Shown here: one piece after another, positions 1 to 11,700 of the stretch
Numbering within the stretch: position 1 is the first letter of the stretch
Layout of the letters: every line of letters begins with the position of its first letter
Source: Podarcis liolepis
Lineage: Eukaryota
NCBI GenBank assembly: GCA_965112155.1
Contig: OZ218105.1
Direction: 5' to 3' (one strand)
DNA: 64,000 nt
Translations under genes and position numbers: made by a program
Notes under the pieces: generated by a model
Databases searched by the model: none
Told to the model about the DNA's origin: nothing
What the model saw: only the letters and a program-made list of their open reading frames with translations

Positions 1-730
1 TGATGTGCATAAATGTTTACCTGGGACTGAAATGATAACAACCCCTAGTTTCAGTGACAGTACCTCATCCAACAACACATGATTAAGTGGGGCTCTGGAT
101 GCAAATAAAATGGCATCCAAATCACTATTAGACTTTGTATTCCCAGGACGTCCAAGATCAAGAAGACCCCTAACCACTTGGAAGAAGGTCCTCTGAACAG
201 GTCTCCAAGGATGGTGGGAGAAAATGCTGCTGGTTTTCTGCCTCAGAGTTGGCTTAATAGACTTTTGCATGGGATTCTCTTTGAGTTTTAAAGCTGCTTG
301 GTTCTAGCTGTTGTTTTTGCAGCCCAGTTCCTTGATGTAACAAGGAGCCAGACAGACTGTGCCTCTTAGAAAATGACACTTAGGAATGATAATGTCGAAG
401 GCTTGTGACATATCTGTATCCCAACATATAGTCAAGGTTTCAACAGGAGTGCAACCATGCCAGCATAACGCCTCCTATGGCTTTGAAGGATCATTGATCT
501 CTAAAGGTGGACCATTCCAATATGTTCCCCATCCTGCTGCAGAAAGAAGCTGTAACAGCAAGTGAAAACCTCAGAAAAAGAAATATGATCATGACAATCT
601 CCCATGTCCTAATTGCTGTCCTCCTATCCCTACCAAAACACCAGCTATATCTTGTGGATCGGTTGCATATATTGGGACAGCTCCTTGGTTGGAGACCACG
701 AAGTCCTGAGCTCATCAGAAAAGTCATTCC
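1..730 (-). mobile_element. Old L2 LINE ORF2 fragment (end of endonuclease to tether region)
   Basis: Minus-strand degenerate peptides AFDIIIPKCHFLRGTVCLAPCYIKEL (cf. AIDTIAPKR..APWYTEEL), FFQVVRGLL and SDLDA, with stops and frameshifts. Confidence 0.65.
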
Positions 731-798
731 CTGAACCTAATAACTTATTGCCACTTGATAACTTTTATTCCTATGTATATTTCATGAGAGCCTTCTTT

Positions 799-801
<3 letters not shown>

Positions 802-830
<29 letters not shown>
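802..830 (+). repeat. (ATC)9 microsatellite
   Basis: Directly visible. Confidence 0.95.
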
Positions 831-2633
831 ATCAGGCTCACCTGGTGAATACCATGCCTGGGAGGAGTGATCAGGTCAAATAGAAAAACTTCCACATGAT
901 TTTCACTAGGTAAAATTCTGTTACTCCCAAATATATTTCACAGGCCTTGCAGTATCTCAGATCTTGCAAACTCATGCAATAGCAAAGTCTGACTTGTTGA
1001 GTTCTGTTTATCTCTGTTTCAAGCTTATCTTTTGACAGGACAGTACGATACAGATTGTTTCTATATCCAGAAAGTCATGAAACCCCCTTTTTCTTTTAGC
1101 AATCTTGGTTTTAAAACTTCTTTAACATCTGCATTGATCATTTCACTTTAGTTGCCCAGAATAAACATACAGTCTTTCTGCATTTAGGACTGCCATTTAA
1201 AATGTAATAGTGGGCTCTGCATTTTTACTCTACCATACCTGATAAAATCACCTGAGGATGCCCTACAGAGATATTATCTGCCCCATACATAAAAGGACAA
1301 AAATATATTTCCATATTGCTTCAAGGAGAAATAGTGGACCTCCTGGGAAGGGTGGCAGATCTGCCTGCTGCCGCCTTTGCAACCTCTTCCTTCTCCTCTT
1401 CCTCCCCCCCCCCAACCTTCCAATGCTGAAGTTCATTATGAGGTTGAACTTCACGATTTCCCTTCATTTCCAAGCTTATCTTACACCCTGCTTTCATTCT
1501 TCACTCGCTTTAATTCTGATGCTGATCTTCACTCCCTCTCCCCTCTCATCTCAACTGGCAGGAATGTGTGTGCAATTTTCTGGTTTGCTTCAGGTACCAA
1601 AATGCCTTGATCCGATCCTACATAGACTGTTACAGATGTCTCTGTGCTTCTGTCAGAGAAATAATCTACAAAGGGAACAATATACTCCCAAACCAAGCCA
1701 GTTTGCAGGGATGACTCTCTGTTAAGTTGTTCTGTCTTAAGGAGCAACCACTTAGTACTGGCCCATGCATTCTTATAGCACCAATTTGCTGGCCTCCTTG
1801 GAATCTTAGACTCACTAGTGGTCCTTTTTGCCAATACATCATCTGGGTTTCTTTTGCCTTTTAACGTTGATGTGCAATGGCTGAGTTTGCGGTGTTCAAA
1901 AATATCTTCTTCAAAAATTGATGAGAATTTCCAAATTCAGCACGTGAGTTTCAGTGTCTCTGTAAGACAATAGTGTGACAGTCACAGGTACAGAAAGCTA
2001 GGTACATATTCAGTGTATGCCTCCAAGCTGTACACAATGGGGGGGAGGGGAATGAATTTTGTTACCTATTTAAAAAGTACATTTTGGAGACTCTAATTAA
2101 CTTTGGACAATGTTGTTGCCAGAGTGGCTCTATCTGTCTTTCTGTAATATACTCATATGATTTGCTGTCAGAGAGTCTGGCTACCCCCACTTGAGTGTGC
2201 TAGAGGGCTGCAGTTTGTCCTTTAACCTTACCTTCATGATGATGAATAAAAGGGCACACAGTAGCAGTATACAAAATTGACATTTTTTTATTTCTAACTT
2301 CACTTGTCGTCTTTCTTGTAATTTGATACGTTTGCACTGCTGTGTTTAATGATCCCTTTCCTGGCTATGATGAATTGAAATAGCTCATACCAAACTGACC
2401 TATTATTCTCCATTAGTTCTTCCTTACTGGTAAGTTAGATACACCCTGGCTTCTCTCAGTAGATGTTGCCTTCTGGATAATGAAGGTGTCCTGGATGCAG
2501 TTTAGCATGCATCTGTGGGTTTTGTATCAAAATAACTGTGCAGCAACTCGATGTGGCACTGTTTGAAGTAGAATTCGCCCCCTTTTAAAAACCCTTTAAG
2601 TATATTTGTAACTTTCACTGCACTGTTATTTGG

Positions 2634-3010
2634 AGTTGTTGGCATCTGTCTGTCTCGAGGGGGCGAAGTCAAACCACTGAAGGACCACAGTGCCTGCTGT
2701 GGATGCAGAGGCCTCGTAACTGCTGCCTCCTGTGTTGTTTTTGTGGTGCTAGCATCACCAAAGTAACCTCTCTAGGGTGCAAGCCTGGGCAGTGTGTATG
2801 GAGGTCCTGAGCTGCCCAGATGACAAGCCCCTTCTTGGCCTTGCTGATGTGGTTCCAAAGGAAAGCAGAGCAATACATTTGGCACCAGCTTGGCTGCAGG
2901 AGTTGCTAAAGAGGCGTACAAGACGCCATCCAACCATCTTAGGACTCAACTCCGGATTTGTGTAAGGTTTACTCCTTAGCCTTTCCTTCTTCCAAAGGCC
3001 ATGTGATATC
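2634..3010 (-). mobile_element. RTE-related non-autonomous retroposon of squamates
   Basis: Begins with gttgttggcatctgtctgtctcgag (reverse complement of an RTE-type 3' tail), then a body (gcaagcctgggcagtgtgtatggaggtcctg...ggatttgtgtaaggtttactccttagcc) I recognise as a common lacertid repeat. Confidence 0.6.
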
Positions 3011-6000
3011 CTAGTGCCTGGTTGTTGAGAAACCTAAACACTGAATTTAAGTAGCTAAGGACCTTTTCCGCGGGTGAAATGGGGTGGAGGGAGGGAAGGA
3101 TACAGATAAACAAATTCCAAGTGGATACCTTGATCTTCCCTAATGGAAACCTTTGTGTTCTCATTTATGTACACATCTGGTTTATTGAACCCTCTTTGGT
3201 CTTTGAGAGATTGTGTTGAAATTCAGATTGAGAACACTCCAGCACCCAAGATTGTTTTCTCTTTAGCTGCCTAGGGAAGAAGAGAGTTCCCAATGTGGTG
3301 GACTTGGGAAAACCTATTGTCCCACCATGATGGCAGTCAGCTTATGCCAGCACAACATTACTGTAGTAACATAGTTGGAATCCTGCACACGCTGAGCTGG
3401 AAAGTTGAGAAGAAGCTTCAAAATACAGGGACCATGGCAACTATGCAAATTGCTGCCAATGTCTATCAAAATGCCGCTAATTCACACCAACCTTGTAGCG
3501 GCATACTACCCACGTTAGACATTTATTTATTTTATTTTATTACTTACTACATTTAAATCCTACCCTATCACAGACACAGAGCCCTCAGGCAGCAAAAGCA
3601 CAGCAATATCTTTTTCAGGAATCCCTGCATTCAGAGGCTGAAATCCCCTAATACCACTCCAACACACAGACCCCCAAATGGCCAGCAGAGTGGGATCTAG
3701 TTTCTTTCCCTGGTTCAGAAACTTCAGATATGAACAATTATTTATTATTTGGTGTACTGTGTACTCTGTCGCTCTATTAGACATATTTATACTGTACTAT
3801 TAAGAACTGAGAGCATTGTATGGATGCTGATTATTGTCCTAAATTCCCAATCTTAAATAGATCAGCACAGAAAAAAGTCATACTGAGTTCAGAACATGCT
3901 TTCCCGTAAGCACGCTTAGCATTTCAACCATAGCTTTTCTGTTTAGTAGCTTTTTCCTTCAGACTTTGTCCAGTAGTTATTTTTCCCATGACAAGATTGA
4001 TAATTAAAAAAAGAGGGAAAGTTATAGGACAAATGTACCAACACTCGGTATGGAGTGGAAATTTTACAACTGAGTTATAAATCCCAGAAGCAGTATGGTT
4101 TATAACAGGAAAGTTAAAGGGAAAAATGGAGAGAGTGAAATAATACGTATGTAACCTTTCCCCCTCTCTTTAGTGAGTAGACCATTTAAACTAAATTAAG
4201 TAAAGGATGTAAATTCTGTTGTTTCAGTTTTTAATATTTCATGACTGATTTTATAGATAAAAATTACATTTAACAATAAATATGAAGAAGAATTAATATG
4301 GCCTGTTCTGGTTTGATATGGAACAGCAAATCCCATTTCTCCTCAGCTGTAAAGAAAATTCATTATTATGTCTTGGATTGTAAGAGATGGCTTCATTGTG
4401 ATTAGTTACATTGATAATAAAACAACCTTTTTGAAAATGGCACAATATACATGGGTTCTCATGTGTCTGTGTTTAATGACACTCAATTTGTGCATTTGCT
4501 ACCCTTTTCACAAATCTGTTTCCTCCTTCTTGTATCCGAGCCCATTTTAAGTCATGCAAGCTACTTTAAAAAATAAATAAGAAATGGCAATCTTATATCA
4601 AGCAACTAAGGGATATATAGTTTTAGGAGAGGCAGAATTAATACTGCGGGCTTATCTTGAATGGCTCAAGGGCAGATGCAGTGCTGGTTTGGGACAAATG
4701 ATGGTTTGCAAATTGGGAATCAGCTTTGGGAACATGTGCATCACCACCATCCCTCTCTAGCATGAATTCCTCCTTCCTTGCCTTGTCAAACCGCATGCAG
4801 AAATATGAGATCTGAAGACATATCTGGCTGCAGAGCTATTTCAGTCTTCCAAGCCTTGGCATGAGCGCTAGGGGAAAGGGAGAGAAACAGATACTCAACC
4901 ATATTATATTATTTCGGCAAATGAGGAGTGATGTAACCACGCTAACTGCATTTGTGTCTGGCACAAATGTGCAGCTTCTTAGCCAGAGCCCCTCCCTATC
5001 GTTTATAAGTTGAGACTCAGCCCAGGAGCTCCTCAGAGCTCTCACCTGTAGAGCAGAACGTGCTCCTTCAGGTCTCCCGTGTTTTCTGAGAAATTTCAGG
5101 CAAGACCTGACCCTTGGCTGCATCTGAAGAACTGGGCAGTGAAAGGCTAAATTGCAAATGCAAGAATGGGGATTAAACCCAAACTGTGGTCATCATCATT
5201 TCCTTGGGGAGATAAAAGTGAAAACCACTTGGAGGTGAAACTTGCAAACATCAATGCTTTGAGCACAAAAGTCTGCATTACTTAAGCATGTACAACAGAT
5301 TGTTTTTGAATTGACTATAAACATTAAATATGTTTCACAACACATTGTGGGATCAGAGCTTGCGTTTTTAAGGTAGTGTTTAAGTCAAAACCATTTCTCT
5401 TGCGATGTAGCAGTATTTTAGTCTTTGTCCCCTTGTGTAATGTGGCCACAAGGTGTCATCAGAATGCTTTTCTTATGCTGACTTCTTATTTCATGCGGCT
5501 TCCCCCCCTTTTTTTTCTTCAAACTTTTACAGCTACGTTAATAGTAAATCTAATGTGAAATACTACCCTTTTTTTTCTTGAGGATATTGTGGCATTAAGC
5601 TTCCACTGAAATAACTTAAAAGATTATGGCCTAATAGCCCAGTGCCTTAGGTACCTCTGCACCGAAGCAGTTCATTGCACAGGAGATAAACTTCCTAGCG
5701 CTTGCGTGAGCGGAGAACTTCAGCCATGCTTGAACCCAACCACAGCCTTAGCTGCTGGAGCTGTCATCTCTCCTAAACCAAAAGTGCCCAGTATCTTTTC
5801 AAGGATGCCCTTGTGCTATGCAAAGGAAGTTAAGCTGCTCAGCTTGGTTGGTGCCAGGTTTGAGGGAGCCCCAGGCAAGCATTTCCCCCACTGGGAAATG
5901 AAGATAGCAGTGGCGGCAGCAGTTACTTTGCCCATTGCTTTGCTCTCGTCCGCCTCCAGCCTGGCCTGCAGGAATGGGTGGATGCACTTGCTGTCCATTG

Positions 6001-6920
6001 TGTGGTACCCAGCACATGGCTTTAGCCACCTATGTTAGGTTGATTATCACAGAACATCACTGAGCTGGAACATAGTACTGCATCAGGGCGAAACAGCAGC
6101 AATTTTTGCTCAGTGCTTCTCTTCAGCACACCCAGTCCCACCACCAAATAAAGTTTTTTATATATGTCACCTCCGGTAGGCTAACCAGAGCAACCTGGCT
6201 TTTGCCCTATCGTGCAAGGTAGCACAGAAGGCTGGAAAGGCTGTACTAGCTCCCTTGTGTGCTGGCCTACACTAATTATGGTGGCATATCTAACAGAAGA
6301 GGAATAATGATTACAGATATAGTACAGCATTGGTTCGGGGAATAACACTCCAATGCGGTTCACAGAGCACCCTTAGATCAAGTGCCCCCACAGCTCTTTT
6401 TGCAGCTAAAAGGATGTCCAGACTGAAGCCAGGGCTTAAAAGGGGAGATCAGTAGTAGGAGACAGCAAGATGTGTGACTAGAAAACCACCAAGTAATTTA
6501 TCTGAAAACAGATAAAAATGCAGGCAGCTGTGTTAGTCCATTAGAAATAATTGAAAGGGCAACAATAAGTGTAATGCCTTTAGGACTTTTTAAAAATAAA
6601 AGTAGGAAGCAACTCTTTTTTGGATAGATCACTACTTGTTTACTACCTGTAAGTTCCTTAGCTGGCCATACATTTTACTGGTAGTTTAAGTATTTTACTA
6701 GTGCTGTTCTTTCCATATTTCTTTATGTACTAGCACGGTTGCCTTCAATTTAGTTTTGTCTAGGAGGCAAATCCTAGAACTGGAAGAAGATAATGATCTT
6801 CTCGCATCTGTTTATGTGTTTGGTCTGAAGAGAAACCATGTGTGCCCCAATCACTGCAGAATCCTACTCAGTTGATTCTGTATCAAGTGCTCTGTCAAAA
6901 ACTAATCTAGTTTGTGAATA

Positions 6921-7274
6921 CAGTGGTGCCTCGCAAGACGAAATTAATTCGTTCCGCGAGTTTTTTCGTCTTGCGGTTTTTTCGTCTTGCGAAGCACGGT
7001 GTCGGAAAAGTTTTGGAAAAGCTTCAAAAATCACCAAAGTCTTCAAAAACCTCAAAAAAGGCTACCACACCGCGTGCTATGAGTTGCTCCTCGAAGTCAA
7101 GTCGCAACTGTATTAACGGTTTTAAGAAAAAGTAAACAAACTTGCAAGACGTTTCCGTCTTGCGAAGCAAGCCCATAGGGAAAATCGTCTTGCGAAGCAA
7201 CTCAAAAAACCAAAAACCCTTTCGTTTTGCGAGTTTTCCGTCTTGCGAGGCATTCGTCTTGTGAGGTACCACTG
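6921..7274. mobile_element. Tc1/mariner(pogo/Tigger)-type MITE, 354 bp, young
   Basis: TA duplication at 6919-20 and 7275-76. TIRs CAGTGGTGCCTCGCAAGACGAA / TTCGTCTTGTGAGGTACCACTG (20/22 match). CpG-rich with an internally repeated CGTCTTGCG motif. Confidence 0.92.
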
Positions 7275-7547
7275 TATAAGAAGTACCTCAAGTTGTTGGT
7301 TTTTCCCCAAGGCTGACAGCAGAATTAAAGGAAAACATGGCAACCCCTTTGTATTGCATGACATTGTCCCTGGCAAAATGGTGGTGGTTTGGCAAACTGC
7401 TGCTTGGGCTGCCAGAATTTGAGAACCCTGATTTTTTAATCAACTTGTGATGGAAGAATTATTGGTTCTTCCTGGCATTTGTGCTGTGCATGTAGGTCAG
7501 GGTTTGGAATGGGTTAAATGGCTGTGTACCTCCTGTTGCTGTATATT

Positions 7548-7670
7548 GGTGGTATGGTGCCTTCCAGGGGTTATTGGACTACACCTCCCATGATCCCTGG
7601 CCATACTGGCTGTGGATGGTGAGATTTGGAGTCCAACCATATATGGAAAATATCATATTGGCTATCTCTG
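7548..7670. mobile_element. Degenerate palindromic hAT-type MITE (ggactacaactcccat family)
   Basis: ccttccag..ttggactacacctcccatgatccc...gatggtgagatttggagtccaacc..tggaa; same layout as the copies at 22229, 22669 and 58141. Confidence 0.6.
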
Positions 7671-8641
7671 CTGCATGTCAACTTGTGAATTTCCTGCATG
7701 CCTAGTCAGGAAGCACTGGGAACAATGTTGTGATTGGTGGTTGGGAGACGAATTTCTTAGGAACTCTGTGATGCTATTTTGTCACGTCTTTGTTCCTATT
7801 GCCATTATTGCGTATTTTCCTCCTAGGAGTGGAGGGATCCCAGCTACTTATGCCATTATAATCTCCATGGTAGTGACATGGTAGTGACAGCCATGTTAAC
7901 TGGACTATTAAGATTTTCCTGTTAAATCTAGTTTTGTCATTTTGAGGCAGTTATATTTTCTTCATTTTGAGGACAGTTAGTTTCTTAATTGTGAAACTTC
8001 TAATTTCAGGAAAGGATACTTTCTCCCCTCCTTCCCCGTTGCCCTTTTAACTGAATGCCATGCTATCTTGGAGTACTGTGTCAGGGCTGTCAAAAACAAA
8101 GGTCACACTTTTTAGACTTGAATTCCCAGAATGGGCACATTATTTACGCCACAGCTGTGAAACGACTCGCTCTGGAGTAGTTCCATTTAAAGCCTACAGT
8201 CCTATTGAAATCAGCAAGCACTGGAACTAAGCAACAGCTACATGTTTCAGAATAATGGATCTCAAGGCTGCAGTCTTGTTAAAAGTATTACGTTTTTCAA
8301 AGAGAGTCAAAATTTGCTTCTCTCACTGATGAGCGTCCTGTGCTAATAGGACAGACTTGTATGTACATACCGATAGACTTTCTGTTCCATAGTGGCTGTG
8401 CAACTGTGCTCTTAAGAACCAGATAATCGTTCCTTAGATGTTTAGACATTATTGGTATGGCCATGTTTTGCTTTGAGAATGTTACCAAAATAATTAGCTA
8501 ACAATGTCCCTATAGCCTTTTAAAACAATAGGTTGTAATCAACAAGTTATTAGTTGCATTAGAATAAAATGCTATGTGTTTTTATGTACATATGAAACTA
8601 ATAACCTTCCATTCTTTTTCTCCCTTTCTCTCTTTTTTTAG

Positions 8642-8708
8642 ATAGCCCTACAGCAGATGAGCTAAACCGTTTTATTTAGAATTGTGCTCTACACAATCTT
8701 CATTAAGG
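8642..8708 (+). other. ZNF407: 5' UTR part of the first coding exon of ZNF407
   Basis: Long pyrimidine tract 8605-8639, first AG at 8640-41; further AGs end at 8645, 8653 and 8656, so the exact exon start is uncertain. Confidence 0.7.
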
Positions 8709-11700
8709 ATGGATGTTGAAAAAAATCAGAAGAACGATGAAGGTGATGAGAATGTACAAAATGAATTAGTACAAGAAGCTGCTAGAAACGTGTTAGCTGA
8801 AAAAGCTCACAGCGACTCTTTCTCTACCTCAAAAATAGACACATTTTCAGCTGAAGGACAGAAAAACCCAGGGGGGAAACATGAAGAGTGCGCCACAGCC
8901 AAACGACCATTATCCAAATCAGCAGTTGAAGACTGTATGGCAACAAACATAGTTGAAAACGAACCTGTCTCAAAAAGATTAAAGCTTACTGTTGTACAAC
9001 ATGCTGAAGAGAATGAAGGCAAACTATCGAATGCCACAATGTGTGAAGGTAGTGTTGATGGGGCAAGTAATACAACAGATGAAACTATAAAAGACGAAGC
9101 TATAAGTGCCTGTCAAAGTAGTGATGCTTTATGCGTGCAGCATGATTTCGAGGACAATAGTACACAGGAAATACATGTGGAAAATGAGCATACCCAAGTT
9201 GACCAAACACCCCTTCCAGAATGCACATCTTCTTTTCAAAACGATGAAGCCAGTGTTAGCTGTGCAACCAGCAGTGTTGAAAACATTTCTAAGTGCAAAC
9301 TCCATGAGGAGATTTTTTCCACTTACCCAGATTTAGAAAAGCATATTCAAGAAAGCCACCTTCAGCATTCTGAACAACAGGTGAACCTACATTGTACTGA
9401 TAAATCAGAATGCACTCCATCTTTACAAACACATAGCAAGCCGACCGCTGGACAGCTTAGATTGTATTTTTGCAATCTCTGTGGTTTTCAGTCTTTCGAG
9501 AAAGATCTTCTACAAGCTCATTTCCTTGGCAAGACACACCTCCGCCGGCAAAATCTTGCTGCCCGGGGAGGATTTGTCAAGATACTAACGAAAAAGCCAT
9601 TTCATAAAAAACAGCAGTACCTAGTCAAGGAAAAGAATGTGCAAGCAAAATCTGCACTTAATAAACCAAAAATAAGGAATGCAGGTTCAAATCCACTAAA
9701 GACTTCAAGCAATAAGCTGAAGAAGTTTAAAACACGCCACCAACTTTTTGTTGAAATGGTGTCATCAAAAAATATTTCTGCAGAAACCACAGAGAACACT
9801 ACCAATGAAGAAGTGCTTTTCTCCAGTGTGGGTGGAAATGGTGATGCCCATTCTGAAAAGCTAGAAGAGTCAGGGTCCTCCAAATGTAATCCAGATGTAT
9901 CAAAACCTGCTGAAGGTAGTCAAGAGACAATTAGCAGTTCAAACACCACAGGAATACTCGATAGATTTCCTCATAACAGAAATATCTTCTCCCGAAGAAT
10001 AACTTTCAAGCAAAGTGGTTCTTTCAGATTAAATCAGCAAATTAAAAAACGCTATCATCTTTTGGGATTAGGTAAGAGAAACAGGCCTGACTCCACCTTA
10101 AAACACAGCATCAGGACAGACTTCAGTCAAGGTGATACATCGCAGGTGCACCTAAAAGTTTTAGAAACTGAAGAGGATTTGTGCAAAGCTGACACAGGAA
10201 CACTATCACTTGATCCAGATGGAGCCAATGCGTGCTCTTCTGTCACCTTGGAACTTGATAATTCTCCAAAGAAAGTGGTTGAGGCCCAGAAGGGTCTACA
10301 TCCTTGTACTCATTGTGGATGTTCTTTGCCAAACACAGGTTTGGAATTGGATGTTGACAGAGATAAAGCAGAAGAGCTGAAATTTCAGTGTCAGACATGT
10401 GGCTATTCTTGTGGAACCAAGGAAGACTTTGAACTGCACCATCAAAAAAACAACCACTGCACGGGTGATTGCAAGATAAATTGCCCTCAGTGTTCATTTT
10501 TTGCCCTGAATGAGGTAAGCTTTGGGGAGCACATGCGTGATGAGCATGGCATGTCCCACTGCTGTGTTACCTGCCGCTTGTATTTTCTAAATGAAGAAGA
10601 AGTAGCAGTTCATAACACAACTGAACAACATATAAGCTTATCAGCTCAAGGAAATACGGTTCGCCCACTTAGCAATGCGACTCAGCAAACAGCATCTTGC
10701 ATTTTAGTGGAGACAAGTGTTCTTCCAAAGGTTGCAGAAGAAATGCCCAAGCCCTTGGTGATACATCCTGCGAATGAGTTCAAGGAGTCTGTCCTGAGCA
10801 GAACTCAGTTTCAGTGTAAAAAATGTTTTTATAAAACAAGGTCTTCCTCAGTTCTTACCAGGCACATAAAACTTCGGCATGCTCAGGAATATCATTTCCT
10901 TTGCAAAGCATGCAACCTCTACTCATTAAGCAAAGAAGGAATGGAAAAACACATCAAGAGAAGTAAACACCTTGAAAATGCCAGAAAAAATAATATTGGC
11001 TTACGCTTTGAGGAATGTATTGAAAGGGTATGTGTAGGTGGAAGCGATGGTAAAAAAGCAACAGAGCCTTCTACTTATGGCAGTTTAAAGACCGTATCGG
11101 AAAATGAAAATGTGCCGTTACCCTTCTGTACATTGGAGAATGTGTCGATAAACAAGGAACTGTTTCCATCAGGTGAAATGCTGAAATGCAGTGAGCTGGT
11201 TCTGGGTAGCGGGCAAAAGAGAGGAAGGCCGAAAGGCACCATTTCTCGGACATGCCCTCATTGTGGCTTATTGGCTTCCAGTGTTACAAACCTGACGGTT
11301 CACATTCGACGAAAGCATAGCCACCAGTACAGCTATTTATGTAAAGTATGCAATTACTATACTGTAACAAAAGGTGATATGGAACGTCATTGTGCCACAA
11401 AGAAGCATAAAGGCCGTTTGGAAGCCAATGGGAAACAAAACATAGAGATTATAGTGTGCCCAGAGGGAGGTAATGTTGAAGCCAGTAGCAAGAAGATAAG
11501 TAGTCCAGGAGGTCTGAATGAACTTGTTGACCATGGCAGTTCACCCTTGGACAATGCTGCTTTGGAAAGCCAGGGAAATGATCAGGGCAATGCTATACAA
11601 GTACAAGGTGAAAATGTGCCTCAGCTTTCTGAATTGGGTAGAGACCGGAACCCTTCAGAAATAAAGCAGCATATAATTGCAGAACTAGGTAACGTTAACC

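Noticed and set aside
1000-1960. 155-aa and 101-aa ORFs, possibly the upstream part of the L2 at 1-730
   Set aside because: No motif I can assign with confidence.
6838-7376. Cluster of overlapping short ORFs and CRISPR-like spaced repeats
   Set aside because: The repeats are 9-17 bp internal motifs of a TA-flanked MITE with irregular spacing; eukaryotic context with no cas or transposase homology.
1-8641. ZNF407 promoter or first exon
   Set aside because: No CpG island; the only CpG-rich patch is the MITE, and the region reads as intron.
8682-8708. ORF-track start giving a 1591-aa single-exon protein
   Set aside because: The start is TTG; the first ATG is at 8709, and the last 17 codons lie past a canonical donor that splices in frame to 23783.
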